NCBI GenBank assembly: GCA_944383905.1
Contig: CALWRI010000003.1
Span: 48,845 to 112,844, forward strand
DNA: 64,000 nucleotides
From: an uncultured Christensenellaceae bacterium
GTDB taxonomy: Bacteria > Bacillota > Clostridia > Christensenellales > UBA3700
Direction of reading: 5' to 3'
Shown piece after piece: positions 46,955 through 58,105 of this stretch (the stretch's first letter is position 1; every line of letters starts with the position of its first letter). Both the position numbers and the translations under genes were made by a program. Below the pieces are notes generated by a model. The model ran no database searches. It was not told the DNA's origin and worked only from the letters and a program-made list of their open reading frames with translations.

Positions 46955-46988
46955 GTCTTACGGGGAGGAGAGATCCGCCCTGTAAGGC
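46955..46988 (+). other. Intercistronic stem-loop between dnaK and dnaJ
   Basis: GTCTTACGGGG ... CCCTGTAAGGC forms about 11 bp including G-U pairs, with a 12-nt loop. No U-tract follows. It sits directly before the dnaJ ribosome-binding site. Confidence 0.4.
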
Positions 46989-47000
46989 TGTTTAAGGACT

Positions 47001-48125
47001 ATGGCAAAGAACTATTACGAGATCCTCGGCGTCGATAAAAACGCAGACGAGGAGACTATAAAAAAGGCGTACCGCAAACTCGCCATGAAGTATCACCCCG
47101 ACAGATTCTCCACCGCAAGCGAAGCGGAGAAGAAGCAGGCGGAGGAGAAATTCAAGGAGATAAACGAGGCGCACGACGTGCTTTCCGATCCGCAGAAGCG
47201 CAGTAACTATGACGCTTACGGCAATCCCGACGGACCGCAGTTCGGCGGCGCGGGCGCGGGCGGCGGTTTCAGCGGATTCGGCGAAGGGTTCGGCTTCGGA
47301 GACATACTCAACGACCTTTTCGGCTTCGGAGGAAGAAACGCCAACCCCAACGCCCCCAAGAGCGGCGAGGACATTTCCGTCAGGCTAAATCTGACGTTTG
47401 AAGAAGCCTATTTCGGCGTTACCAAGCAGATACGCGTGATGAGAGACGAGGAATGCCCCGACTGTCACGGTACGGGTGCGAAAGACTCGTCTTCGATCAC
47501 CGTATGCCCCTATTGCAAGGGTACTGGTTATATCAAACGCGTGCAGAACACACCGTTCGGTCAACGCGTCGTTCAGACCGTATGCCCGCAATGCGGAGGA
47601 AAAGGCAAGGTCGTCGGCGACAAGTGCAGGACGTGCAGAGGCAACGGTTACGTCCGCAGAGAGGGCACCGTCACCGTAAAGATCCCTGCGGGAGTCGACA
47701 CGGGTATGAATATCATAGTCCGCAACGAAGGCAACTGCGGCAGAAACGGCGGCAAGAAAGGCAATCTCATTCTCGTCGTTTACGTCCAGGAGCATCCGCG
47801 TTTCAAACGCATGGGCAGCGACCTTTATATGGAGATGCCCGTCAGCTTCTACAACGCCGCAGTCGGCTGCAAAGTCGAAATCGATACCCCCAAGGGCAAA
47901 ACCGTCTGCACGATCCCCGAGGCGACGCAGTCGGGCACAAAGATCCGCATCAAGGGGTACGGCATGAAAAAAAGCAACCGCGAGGACTACGGCGATATGT
48001 ACATCACGATACGCGTCGAGACTCCGAGAGGGCTCAGCCGCAAGCAGCAGCAGGCGCTTCTCGAATTTGAAAATTCGCTGTCTGAAACGCAGTATCCGCA
48101 GATAAGAAAATTCAAAAAAGACTGA
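47001..48125 (+). CDS. dnaJ: Co-chaperone DnaJ
   Basis: J-domain HPD (KYHPDR), a G/F region, and four CxxCxGxG repeats. Confidence 0.95.
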   Translation: MAKNYYEILGVDKNADEETIKKAYRKLAMKYHPDRFSTASEAEKKQAEEKFKEINEAHDVLSDPQKRSNYDAYGNPDGPQFGGAGAGGGFSGFGEGFGFGDILNDLFGFGGRNANPNAPKSGEDISVRLNLTFEEAYFGVTKQIRVMRDEECPDCHGTGAKDSSSITVCPYCKGTGYIKRVQNTPFGQRVVQTVCPQCGGKGKVVGDKCRTCRGNGYVRREGTVTVKIPAGVDTGMNIIVRNEGNCGRNGGKKGNLILVVYVQEHPRFKRMGSDLYMEMPVSFYNAAVGCKVEIDTPKGKTVCTIPEATQSGTKIRIKGYGMKKSNREDYGDMYITIRVETPRGLSRKQQQALLEFENSLSETQYPQIRKFKKD

Positions 48126-48131
48126 AAGATC

Positions 48132-48158
48132 AAAACCGCTCCCGAAGGGGCGGTTTTT
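48132..48158 (+). terminator. Intrinsic terminator after dnaJ
   Basis: AAACCGCTCCC-gaa-GGGGCGGTTT followed by TT. Confidence 0.75.
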
Positions 48159-48338
48159 CATATCGGTTCTGTGCGCATGGCGGCGCTTATAAATTCTTTA
48201 TCTAAAGGTTTTATTGCAAAAGAGCAGCATACCGGATTTCGGAAAAGTCAGACTCCCGGTTTTCGGAGACGGGCGATATTTTGAAATCCGAAAAACTCCG
48301 ACAGAGATCAAAAGCGTTTTGACGGCTCGCTCAAACTA

Positions 48339-48367
48339 TTGCATTGCGCGCGCGTTTTGTTTATAAT
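48339..48367 (+). promoter_or_regulatory. Promoter giving a leaderless transcript for prmA
   Basis: TTGCAT-N17-TATAAT, then 6 nt (ATAGCT) to ATG 48374. No SD is present. Confidence 0.55.
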
Positions 48368-48373
48368 ATAGCT

Positions 48374-49306
48374 ATGAAATACAAAGAGATCACGGTCAAT
48401 ACGACCACCGAAGCAAGCGAGCTCGTCGCAGACATACTGTACAGCGCGGGGAGCAACGGCGTCAGTATTTTCGATAAAGAGGATTTTATAGAACTCATGA
48501 AAAGCGACGTGATATGGGATTACGTCGACGAGTCCGTTCTCGAAAAAAACGAAGTCGTCAAAGTCAAAGGATATTTTGAAGAAGAGGGCTTCGACGCCGT
48601 AAGAAAGTCGGTAGACGGAGAACTGAAAATGTTGAGGGAGAGGAGCTGTTTTCCGCTCGGCTCGCTCGAGGTTTCCGTTTCGGACGTCGACGACGAGGAT
48701 TGGGCAAACGTATGGCGCAAGTATTACAAGCCGATACCTTGCGGCAGAGTCGTCATCGTTCCGGATTGGCTCACATACGAACCCGTCGGAGATCAGAGGA
48801 TCGTCCGCCTCGACCCGGGCATGGCGTTCGGCACGGGCGAGCACGAGAGCACCCGCATTTGTCTCACCCTTCTTCAGAAAGAGGACGTGAACGGCGCCCG
48901 CGTTGCGGATATAGGCACGGGCAGCGGCATACTTTCGATCGCGGCGGCAAAGCTGGACGCGAAAGAGGTCGACGCATACGATATAGACGCTACCGCGGTC
49001 AAAGTCGCTCAAAAGAACTGCGCGCACAACGGCGTGGACGGCGTAGTCAGGGCGGAATGCGGCAATCTTCTCGACAAATGCAGCGGCAGTTACGATATTC
49101 TTCTTGCCAACATCACGGCGGATATACTCTCGGGTATGGCGCCCGACATCGGCAGATTTGTCAGAAAGGGCGGCGTCATCATAATTTCGGGTATACTTCT
49201 GCCTTACGAGGACAAGGTCAGAAAGGCGTTTGCCACTGCGGGACTTGTCGTCAAAGACAGGCTCGAACAGGGCGAGTGGTGCGGCTTCGCCTATACGAGG
49301 GACTGA
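48374..49306 (+). CDS. prmA: Ribosomal protein L11 methyltransferase
   Basis: MKYKEITV..., the ...DPGMAFGTGEHESTR... signature, and the SAM motif DIGTGSGIL. There is no SD; TATAAT ends 6 nt before the ATG. Confidence 0.9.
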   Translation: MKYKEITVNTTTEASELVADILYSAGSNGVSIFDKEDFIELMKSDVIWDYVDESVLEKNEVVKVKGYFEEEGFDAVRKSVDGELKMLRERSCFPLGSLEVSVSDVDDEDWANVWRKYYKPIPCGRVVIVPDWLTYEPVGDQRIVRLDPGMAFGTGEHESTRICLTLLQKEDVNGARVADIGTGSGILSIAAAKLDAKEVDAYDIDATAVKVAQKNCAHNGVDGVVRAECGNLLDKCSGSYDILLANITADILSGMAPDIGRFVRKGGVIIISGILLPYEDKVRKAFATAGLVVKDRLEQGEWCGFAYTRD

Positions 49307-50034
49307 TGGAGATCAGGAGATTTTTCGTTCCGCAAGAGGACGTCTGCGGTAATAAAATATATGTCAGAGGGGAAGAGTTCGTCCACATGACCAAGGTGCT
49401 CCGTCAAAAGAAGGGGTACAAAGTCGTCGTATGTTCGGGAGACGGCAAGGATTACATGGGCAGGATCGCGGAAATAAGCAAGGATCACGCGGTCATCGAA
49501 GTGGAGAGCGTAAAAGACAACGACAACGATCCTTCTCTCGACATCACGTTGTTTCAGGCGTTGCCGAAGGGCGACAAGATGAGTTTTATCGTTCAGAAGT
49601 GCACCGAGCTGGGCGCAAGAAAGATAGTTCCTTTCCTTTCAGATTATACCGAAGAAGACAAATTCAATCGAGACAGGATGCAACGCGTCGCGAAAGAGGC
49701 GTGCAAACAGTGCGGTCGTTCGCTTTCCTGCGAGATAGGAGAGCTTTGCGCGTTTTGCGACGTCGTGGCAGCTTTCGGCGGTTACGACTGCGTGATAATG
49801 TCTTACGAAAACGCGACTTGCGGCAAGGTGGGCGACGTAAAGGGACTCATGACGGCAAAAAAAATCGCAGTCGTGATAGGCAGCGAGGGCGGTTTTTCCG
49901 ATCGCGAAGTGAGTGCGGCGAAAGATGCGGGCGCGCAGATAGTCAGCCTCGGCAAAAGGATATTGCGTTGCGAGACAGCGGGGCTCGTGACGATAGCTCT
50001 GACTGATTACGAGAGAGGAGAGCTGGAAAGATGA
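49306..50034 (+). CDS. rsmE: 16S rRNA (uracil1498-N3)-methyltransferase RsmE
   Basis: MEIRRFFV... N-terminus and C-terminal ...GSEGGFS..E......G...VSLG.RILR.ETA motif. The start overlaps the prmA stop. Confidence 0.88.
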   Translation: MEIRRFFVPQEDVCGNKIYVRGEEFVHMTKVLRQKKGYKVVVCSGDGKDYMGRIAEISKDHAVIEVESVKDNDNDPSLDITLFQALPKGDKMSFIVQKCTELGARKIVPFLSDYTEEDKFNRDRMQRVAKEACKQCGRSLSCEIGELCAFCDVVAAFGGYDCVIMSYENATCGKVGDVKGLMTAKKIAVVIGSEGGFSDREVSAAKDAGAQIVSLGKRILRCETAGLVTIALTDYERGELER

Positions 50035-51278
50035 AGATAGTCGTCTTTAATCTCGGTTGCAAGGTCAACAAATACGAAAGCGACAGCATCGCGCGCGCTT
50101 TGAGAGAAAAAGGACACGACGTGTCCTGCGAGCTTGAAAGGGCGGATCTCTACATACTCAACACCTGCGCCGTAACAAACGAGGCGGAGAGGAAGTCCCG
50201 CCAATGCGTTACGCGTTGTCTCAAACTCAATCCCGACGCGAAAGTCATCGTGACGGGGTGCGCGAGCCAGGCAAACGCGTCGCAGTTTGAAAACAAAAAA
50301 AGCGTTGTGTTCGTGTCCGGGGTCGCGGGAAAGTCGCAGATCGCAGAAGAGATCGAAAGGTCGGGCACTGACGTATGTCCGCTTCCCGCGGTTTACGAGG
50401 AGATGAAGACGCCGTCAGTAGAGCGCACGCGCGCATACGTCAAGGTTCAGGACGGCTGCGACAACTTCTGTTCTTATTGTCTGATACCCTATCTTCGCGG
50501 CAGGAGCAGATCGAGGTCGGAAGAAAGCGTTATCGCAGAGTGCGGAGAGCTTGCAAAGGATACGGGAGAGATAGTGCTGACGGGCATCGATCTGTCCTCT
50601 TACGGCAAGAATACGGGCACGGATCTCGCCTCGCTCATAGGCAGACTTTCGGACGTCGATTGCCGCGTGAGAATCGGTTCTCTCGAGCAGGGAGTCATTG
50701 ACGAAAAGTTGCTTGACGCGACAAAGTCGCTCAAAAAGTTCTGCCCGCAGTTTCACCTTTCTTTGCAGAGCGGGAGCGACGCGGTACTCAAAAAAATGAA
50801 CCGTCATTACACGACGGCGGAATATCTTTCAAAGGTAGAACTTATAAGAAAATATTATCCGCAGGCGAATATCACGACTGATCTGATCTGCGGGTTTCCG
50901 ACCGAAACTGACGAAAATTTCGACGAGACGAAAGAGTTTCTCAAAACGGTCGGGTTCGGGCAGGTGCACGTCTTCGGCTATTCCGCGAGGAAGGGCACTG
51001 TTGCCGCAAAGTACAGACTGCTGTCTCCCGAGACCGTCGCGAAGCGTTGCGAAGAGGGTCAGGAGATCGCGACAAAACTGCACGAAAAATACCTCGGAAG
51101 CATGCTCGGTAAAGAGCTTGAGGTGTTGTTTGAGGAAGAACAGGACGGTTACGTCGCGGGTTACAGCCGGGAGTACGTCAGAGTGTACGCAAAAGGCGTA
51201 AGACAAAGCGAGATAAAAAACGTCGTCGCGACGCGGCTTTTCAGGGACGGTGTCGAGGCAACGGTCACGGAGGAATAA
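50031..51278 (+). CDS. mtaB: tRNA methylthiotransferase MtaB (radical SAM)
   Basis: N-terminal LGCKVNKYES, the radical-SAM motif CDNFCSYC, and a TRAM-like C-terminus. It sits in the position of B. subtilis yqeV. Confidence 0.88.
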   Translation: MKIVVFNLGCKVNKYESDSIARALREKGHDVSCELERADLYILNTCAVTNEAERKSRQCVTRCLKLNPDAKVIVTGCASQANASQFENKKSVVFVSGVAGKSQIAEEIERSGTDVCPLPAVYEEMKTPSVERTRAYVKVQDGCDNFCSYCLIPYLRGRSRSRSEESVIAECGELAKDTGEIVLTGIDLSSYGKNTGTDLASLIGRLSDVDCRVRIGSLEQGVIDEKLLDATKSLKKFCPQFHLSLQSGSDAVLKKMNRHYTTAEYLSKVELIRKYYPQANITTDLICGFPTETDENFDETKEFLKTVGFGQVHVFGYSARKGTVAAKYRLLSPETVAKRCEEGQEIATKLHEKYLGSMLGKELEVLFEEEQDGYVAGYSREYVRVYAKGVRQSEIKNVVATRLFRDGVEATVTEE

Positions 51279-51280
51279 AT

Positions 51281-51682
51281 ATGAACGACTGCATTTTCTG
51301 CAAAATAATCAAAGGGGAGATCCCGTCTTATAAGATCTACGAAGACGACAAGACCTATGCGTTTCTCGACATTGCGGACGATTGCGAAGGTCACACCCTC
51401 GTCATTCCCAAAAAGCATTGCACCAACGTGCTCGACTGCGAAGCGGAATACCTTGCGGCAACCGCGGCAACCGTTCAGAAGATAGCCCGTCATTACGTCG
51501 ACGACTGCGGCTACGACGGCGTGAATATCGTAAACGCGAGCGGAGAGGCGGCGCAGCAGAGCGTATTCCATCTGCATTTCCACATATATCCGAGGAAGAA
51601 TGGCGACGGGGTCGATCTGTTTCCGCTCAAAGGCAAGATCAATTCCGACATGGCGGCACTTGCCGAAAAGCTTTCGCTTTGA
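51281..51682 (+). CDS. HIT-family nucleotide hydrolase/transferase
   Basis: MNDCIFCKIIKGEIPS... and the histidine triad HLHFHIYP. Confidence 0.9.
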   Translation: MNDCIFCKIIKGEIPSYKIYEDDKTYAFLDIADDCEGHTLVIPKKHCTNVLDCEAEYLAATAATVQKIARHYVDDCGYDGVNIVNASGEAAQQSVFHLHFHIYPRKNGDGVDLFPLKGKINSDMAALAEKLSL

Positions 51683-51744
51683 CGCCGCACGGGCGAGGTA
51701 AGAGAAAAAGCGGGCAAAAAGCGTCAAAACAGCGACAAAAACTG

Positions 51745-51774
51745 TTGACAAAACCTTTTGCGGTTAATTATAAT
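51745..51774 (+). promoter_or_regulatory. rpsU promoter
   Basis: TTGACA-N18-TATAAT, about 50 nt upstream of the rpsU ATG. Confidence 0.6.
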
Positions 51775-51824
51775 ATTAGAGCAAATAACGAGATCGGTCC
51801 CGCAGGGAAAAGGAGGCGAAGAAT

Positions 51825-52004
51825 ATGTCTACCGTAAGAGTCGGTGAAAACGAATCTTTGGACAGCGCTTTGAGACGTTTCAAGCGTAAGTGCGCGAGAG
51901 ACGGCATTATCGGCGACCTCCGCAAGAAAGAGGCTTATGAAAAGCCCAGCGTAAAACGCAAGAAGAAGGCGGAAGCAGCTCGCAAGAGAATGTACAAGTC
52001 CTGA
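51825..52004 (+). CDS. rpsU: 30S ribosomal protein S21 (59 aa), below the ORF-track cutoff
   Basis: [59 protein letters not shown]. An AGGAGG ribosome-binding site and a TTGACA-N18-TATAAT promoter lie upstream. Tandem terminators lie downstream. Confidence 0.93.
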   Translation: MSTVRVGENESLDSALRRFKRKCARDGIIGDLRKKEAYEKPSVKRKKKAEAARKRMYKS

Positions 52005-52009
52005 AATCG

Positions 52010-52033
52010 ACCGTCCGCAAGGACGGTTTTTTC
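52010..52033 (+). terminator. Intrinsic terminator after rpsU (first of a tandem pair)
   Basis: ACCGTCC-gcaa-GGACGGT followed by a T6 run. Confidence 0.85.
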
Positions 52034-52042
52034 ATGCAAGGA

Positions 52043-52072
52043 AAACAGACGGAGAAACCGTCTGTTTTTTTT
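52043..52072 (+). terminator. Second tandem intrinsic terminator after rpsU
   Basis: AAACAGACGG-agaaa-CCGTCTGTTT followed by a T-run. Confidence 0.8.
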
Positions 52073-52296
52073 GTTTTACGAAAAGGAGAGGGGAAGCGTC
52101 AAGACAAGTAATTTTATGTAAAAAAGCGTACTGAAAAATCGCGCCGTTGTCGAAAAAAGTAGGTTTTTCACTACTTTTGCAGAACCGCTTGAAATAAGTG
52201 AAAAATTCTTGCCAATGTGTGGATTAAAGGCGTATTATGCAGAAGTCGGCATTACGGGAAACGTAAAAACATCGACAGTGTGAGGAGAAATTAAAA

Positions 52297-52623
52297 ATGG
52301 TAGAGCAATGTGAAAAAAGTATGCACTTTCTGGCAAGACAGGCAAAGGGAAGAATGACGAGCGGCTATTACGGCTCGGCGGCGAGAAGAAACGGCAACGG
52401 GCGCACGGTCAGACAGTCGTTTGAAGACAAACTGCTGCACGACAAGATAACGGCTCTCGTGGCTTCAGGCACGGACAACAGAGACGCGATCGGCAGACTC
52501 GTCGACAAAAAGCTCATAGAGACCGCGGACGAGATAACGAGACAGAGACACGTCCTTCAGATCGCCGCGAGATACGTCAAGGAAAAGAGAGAGATGGCAA
52601 AACAGACAGCTTCGGCGCGATAA
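52297..52623 (+). CDS. Hypothetical protein (108 aa), family not recognised
   Basis: A GAGGAG ribosome-binding site lies 9 nt upstream, and the gene has its own terminator. The protein is basic and looks helical. I recognise no motif. Confidence 0.5.
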   Translation: MVEQCEKSMHFLARQAKGRMTSGYYGSAARRNGNGRTVRQSFEDKLLHDKITALVASGTDNRDAIGRLVDKKLIETADEITRQRHVLQIAARYVKEKREMAKQTASAR

Positions 52624-52633
52624 GCCGCAAACG

Positions 52634-52661
52634 TCCCGCTTTAACATGCGGGATTTTTTTT
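52634..52661 (+). terminator. Intrinsic terminator after the 108-aa hypothetical gene
   Basis: TCCCGC-tttaacat-GCGGGA followed by a T8 run. Confidence 0.75.
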
Positions 52662-52791
52662 GCTACTGTCGGCTTCGGCGCCGTTATTTTGCGCGTCGTT
52701 GTGAGTTATATCGATTGTCTTATCCGCGCGACTATGATAAAATATTTATATCGCAACGCGAGACAGGCGCATGCGTATCATAGGAGAAGAC

Positions 52792-55002
52792 ATGGATTAT
52801 TCAAAGCTACTCAATCCCGAACAGCTCAAACCCGTTTACGATACGGACGGCGCGGTGCTCGTGCTCGCGGGCGCGGGAAGCGGCAAGACGAGGGTGCTCA
52901 CTTACCGCATAGCTTATCTCATAGAACACGACAAGGTGGAGCCTTACAACATTCTCGCGATCACTTTTACGAACAAGGCGGCGAACGAGATGAAGGAGAG
53001 GGTCGCGGCGGTCACAGGCGCGCAAGGGGTCTGGATCTCCACGTTCCACTCGCTCTGCGCCAAAATACTGCGCATGGAGATCGCGGTAACGGGAAAATAC
53101 ACGGCAAACTTTTCGATATATACGGACAGCGACAGCGACAAGATAGTCACCCGCATAGTCAAAGAGCTGGGCATAGAGGACGGGGGCGAGCTCAAAAAGC
53201 AGATCCGCTTTCATATATCCAACGCGAAAAACCACGCGCTGACTCCCGAGGAATACGCCAAAAGGATAAACGGGATCCCGCATGCGGAAACCGTCGTCCG
53301 CGCATACGTCTCTTACGAAAGACAACTCGCGGCAAACAACGCGCTCGACTTTGACGATCTCATTCTCAAGACGCTTTTGCTTTTCAAAGATTACCCCGAA
53401 GTGCTTAAAAAATATCAGGAGCGTTTCAGATACGTCCACGTCGACGAGTTTCAGGACACGAACAAGATACAGTTTCTGCTCGTGCGTATGCTGGTCGGCA
53501 AGTACGGCAATCTGTTCGTGGTAGGAGACGACGATCAGAGCATATACGGCTGGAGAGGGGCGGAAGTGGGCAATATCCTCGACTTCAAAAAGCATTTCCC
53601 GTCGTGCAGGATATACAAGCTGGAACGCAATTACCGCAGCACGTCCAACATACTCGATCTCGCCAACAAGATAATTTCGCATAACTTCGAACGTATGGGC
53701 AAGACTCTCTGGACGGAGGGAGACAAGGGCGTCGGCGTCACTTACCGCAGTCTTTACGACGACAGACAGGAGGCGGATTTCGTCATCGGAGAAATGATGT
53801 CTCTCATGAGATACAACGGCTACAAGGCGGGAGACTTTGCGATACTCGTGCGTCAGACCGCTCTGACCAGACTTTTCGAAGAAAAGCTCGCGCTGTACAA
53901 CCTGCCTTTCAGATTGATCGGAGGACAAAAATTCTATGAGCGCAAAGAGATAAAGGACGTGCTCGCATACCTCAAGGTAGTCGCAAATCCGCGCGACAGA
54001 GAGAGCCTTGTCAGGATCATAAACGTGCCAAACCGCAAGATAGGAGAGGCGACGGTCGCAAAGCTCGCGATGAGTTGCGACGAGTCGGGATATACGCTCG
54101 CGGAAGGTTTGCTGCATTTTGAAGACCTCGGACTGACTGGAGCGGTGAAGACGAAGGTCGAACCTTTTGCGGAGCTGATCAAAGATCTGTTCGGGCACAA
54201 GGATATGCCGATTTACGATTTCGTGCAGTACGCGGACGAAAAGGTGGATTTCTGCAAGGATTACGATCGCAGCGAGGACGAGGGATTAAGCCGGATAGAA
54301 AACGTGCAACAGTTGTTCTCGTCCATAAAGGAATTTGCGCGCGACAACCCCGAAGCGGGTCTCGAAGAATATCTGCAGTCGGTCTCTCTCGTGTCGGATA
54401 CGGACGAAGCCGACGACGGAGAAAAGGTCACGGTCGCGACGGTGCACGGCGTCAAGGGGCTTGAATTCAGATGCGTGTTCGTCGTCGGATTGGAAGAAGG
54501 CGTGTTTCCGTCTTTGCGCGCGACGACGACCGAAAAGGAGATACAGGAAGAACGCCGCATAATGTACGTCGCCGTGACGAGAGCGAGAGAGAGGCTGTAT
54601 ATTACCAACGCGCAGAGGAGAATGCGCTTCGGCAGGATAGAGAGCGGACAGGCAAGCAGATTTCTGACGGAAGGAGGGCTTATCGCTCCGCGCCCGACGT
54701 ATCAGCGCCCCGACTTCGAAAGAGGAGCGCAGCCGTCTTTCGGCAAAAGCATAGACGATCTGCAAAGGAGCAGCGCGCGCAGAGCGCAGCCCGTCGTCGG
54801 GGCAAGCGTACAGACGGGAGGTATCCCAGCCGTCAAGAACGCGGACGTATCCCGTTTCAAGGTCGGCATGACCGTGGAGCACACGCGTTTCGGCGTCGGA
54901 GTGATAGAGTCGATAAGCGGCGAAAACGCAAAGATCCGTTTTGAAACGCTCGGTGTAAAGACGTTCAATATGAGGCTTGCGCCGATAAAGATCATAGTCT
55001 GA
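52792..55002 (+). CDS. pcrA: ATP-dependent DNA helicase PcrA/UvrD
   Basis: LNPEQ...VLAGAGSGKTRVLT, VDEFQDTN, GDDDQSIYGWRGA, and VTRAR. ligA follows. Confidence 0.95.
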   Translation: MDYSKLLNPEQLKPVYDTDGAVLVLAGAGSGKTRVLTYRIAYLIEHDKVEPYNILAITFTNKAANEMKERVAAVTGAQGVWISTFHSLCAKILRMEIAVTGKYTANFSIYTDSDSDKIVTRIVKELGIEDGGELKKQIRFHISNAKNHALTPEEYAKRINGIPHAETVVRAYVSYERQLAANNALDFDDLILKTLLLFKDYPEVLKKYQERFRYVHVDEFQDTNKIQFLLVRMLVGKYGNLFVVGDDDQSIYGWRGAEVGNILDFKKHFPSCRIYKLERNYRSTSNILDLANKIISHNFERMGKTLWTEGDKGVGVTYRSLYDDRQEADFVIGEMMSLMRYNGYKAGDFAILVRQTALTRLFEEKLALYNLPFRLIGGQKFYERKEIKDVLAYLKVVANPRDRESLVRIINVPNRKIGEATVAKLAMSCDESGYTLAEGLLHFEDLGLTGAVKTKVEPFAELIKDLFGHKDMPIYDFVQYADEKVDFCKDYDRSEDEGLSRIENVQQLFSSIKEFARDNPEAGLEEYLQSVSLVSDTDEADDGEKVTVATVHGVKGLEFRCVFVVGLEEGVFPSLRATTTEKEIQEERRIMYVAVTRARERLYITNAQRRMRFGRIESGQASRFLTEGGLIAPRPTYQRPDFERGAQPSFGKSIDDLQRSSARRAQPVVGASVQTGGIPAVKNADVSRFKVGMTVEHTRFGVGVIESISGENAKIRFETLGVKTFNMRLAPIKIIV

Positions 55003-55073
55003 AAAACTGCGGCGACCGCCGTGCATAACATACAAAAATTATCGTGCGGGTGTAGGTTATCCGCAACAGGTGA

Positions 55074-57020
<1,947 letters not shown>

Positions 57021-57059
57021 CGGCGGGGGCAGTCTTTGACGGAAAACAGTATATTTTTA

Positions 57060-57089
57060 CGACCGCGCGCAGGGCGATGCGCGCGGTCG
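57060..57089 (+). terminator. GC-rich stem-loop after ligA (possible terminator with a weak U-tract)
   Basis: Perfect 12-bp stem CGACCGCGCGCA-gggcga-TGCGCGCGGTCG, followed only by CGTTATATT. Confidence 0.45.
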
Positions 57090-57197
57090 CGTTATATTAA
57101 CGTGATAAATTATTTGTTTTTGCGCGGAAATAAACTTGTAAAAAATACGCGTTTGTGGTATCATTTATTTTGATTATTTGTATCGAGGAGGTTCCCG

Positions 57198-58079
57198 ATG
57201 ATCGTCAAAAGCATGACCGGTTACGGAAAAGGCGTTTACGAGGACGGACAACTCAGGCTCACGGTCGAGCTCAAAGTCGTCAATCACCGCTTTCTGGACA
57301 TTGCGGTCAAGGCGCCCAAACAATTCAATTTTGCCGAAGACGCTTTGAGAAAGACGATAAAAAACGGGCTTGTCAGAGGGCACGTCGACGTCTACGTCAA
57401 TTTCGAGGATAACAGAGAGATAAAAAACGAGGTGAGCGCGGATTACGCTTTGGCGGAGCAGTATTACGAACTCTCAAAGGGCATTGCGCAGCGCACGGGA
57501 CTGACGAACAACGTCGGAGTATACGAGCTTCTCAAAATGCCCGATGTCGTGACGATAAAAGTCGGCGACATGAACGAAGAAGAGCTGTTGAAGGCGCTTG
57601 ACTGCGCTTGCAGACAGGCGATAGAGAATCTCGACAAAATGAGAGTCAAAGAGGGCGAAGCCATGAAAGCGGACGTCCTCGCAAAGACCGCGGAGGTCGA
57701 AAAGCTCGTCGGACAGATAGAGGAACTCGCTCCCGGCATGACCGCCGTCCACCGTGAAAAAGTGCGCGAAAGAGTGCAGGAATACCTTGACGGCGTCGCG
57801 ATAGACGAAGAAAAATTCATCAACGAGATGGCGTTTTATGCGGATAAAGTCGCCGTGGACGAAGAACTTACCCGTCTCAACAGCCATATAGCGCATCTCC
57901 GTGCGATCGTCGAAAAGGGCGGCGCGATCGGCAAACAGCTCGATTTCGTCGTTCAGGAGATGAACAGAGAGGCAAATACCACGGGCAGCAAGTGTTGCGA
58001 CATCAACGTCGCCAATCTCGTGGTCGCGCTCAAGAGCGAGATCGAAAAGATCCGCGAACAGATCCAGAATATCGAATAA
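57198..58079 (+). CDS. yicC: YicC-family stress-induced protein (endoribonuclease YloC-like)
   Basis: MIVKSMTGYG... N-terminus and C-terminal ...LDFVVQEMNREANTTGSK... signature. Confidence 0.88.
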   Translation: MIVKSMTGYGKGVYEDGQLRLTVELKVVNHRFLDIAVKAPKQFNFAEDALRKTIKNGLVRGHVDVYVNFEDNREIKNEVSADYALAEQYYELSKGIAQRTGLTNNVGVYELLKMPDVVTIKVGDMNEEELLKALDCACRQAIENLDKMRVKEGEAMKADVLAKTAEVEKLVGQIEELAPGMTAVHREKVRERVQEYLDGVAIDEEKFINEMAFYADKVAVDEELTRLNSHIAHLRAIVEKGGAIGKQLDFVVQEMNREANTTGSKCCDINVANLVVALKSEIEKIREQIQNIE

Positions 58080-58105
58080 AATTTATTCCGTGAGGATTGT
58101 CTGAT

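Noticed and set aside
52807-54198. A 463-aa minus-strand ORF antisense to pcrA
   Set aside because: This is an antisense artefact with no motifs and no ribosome-binding site.
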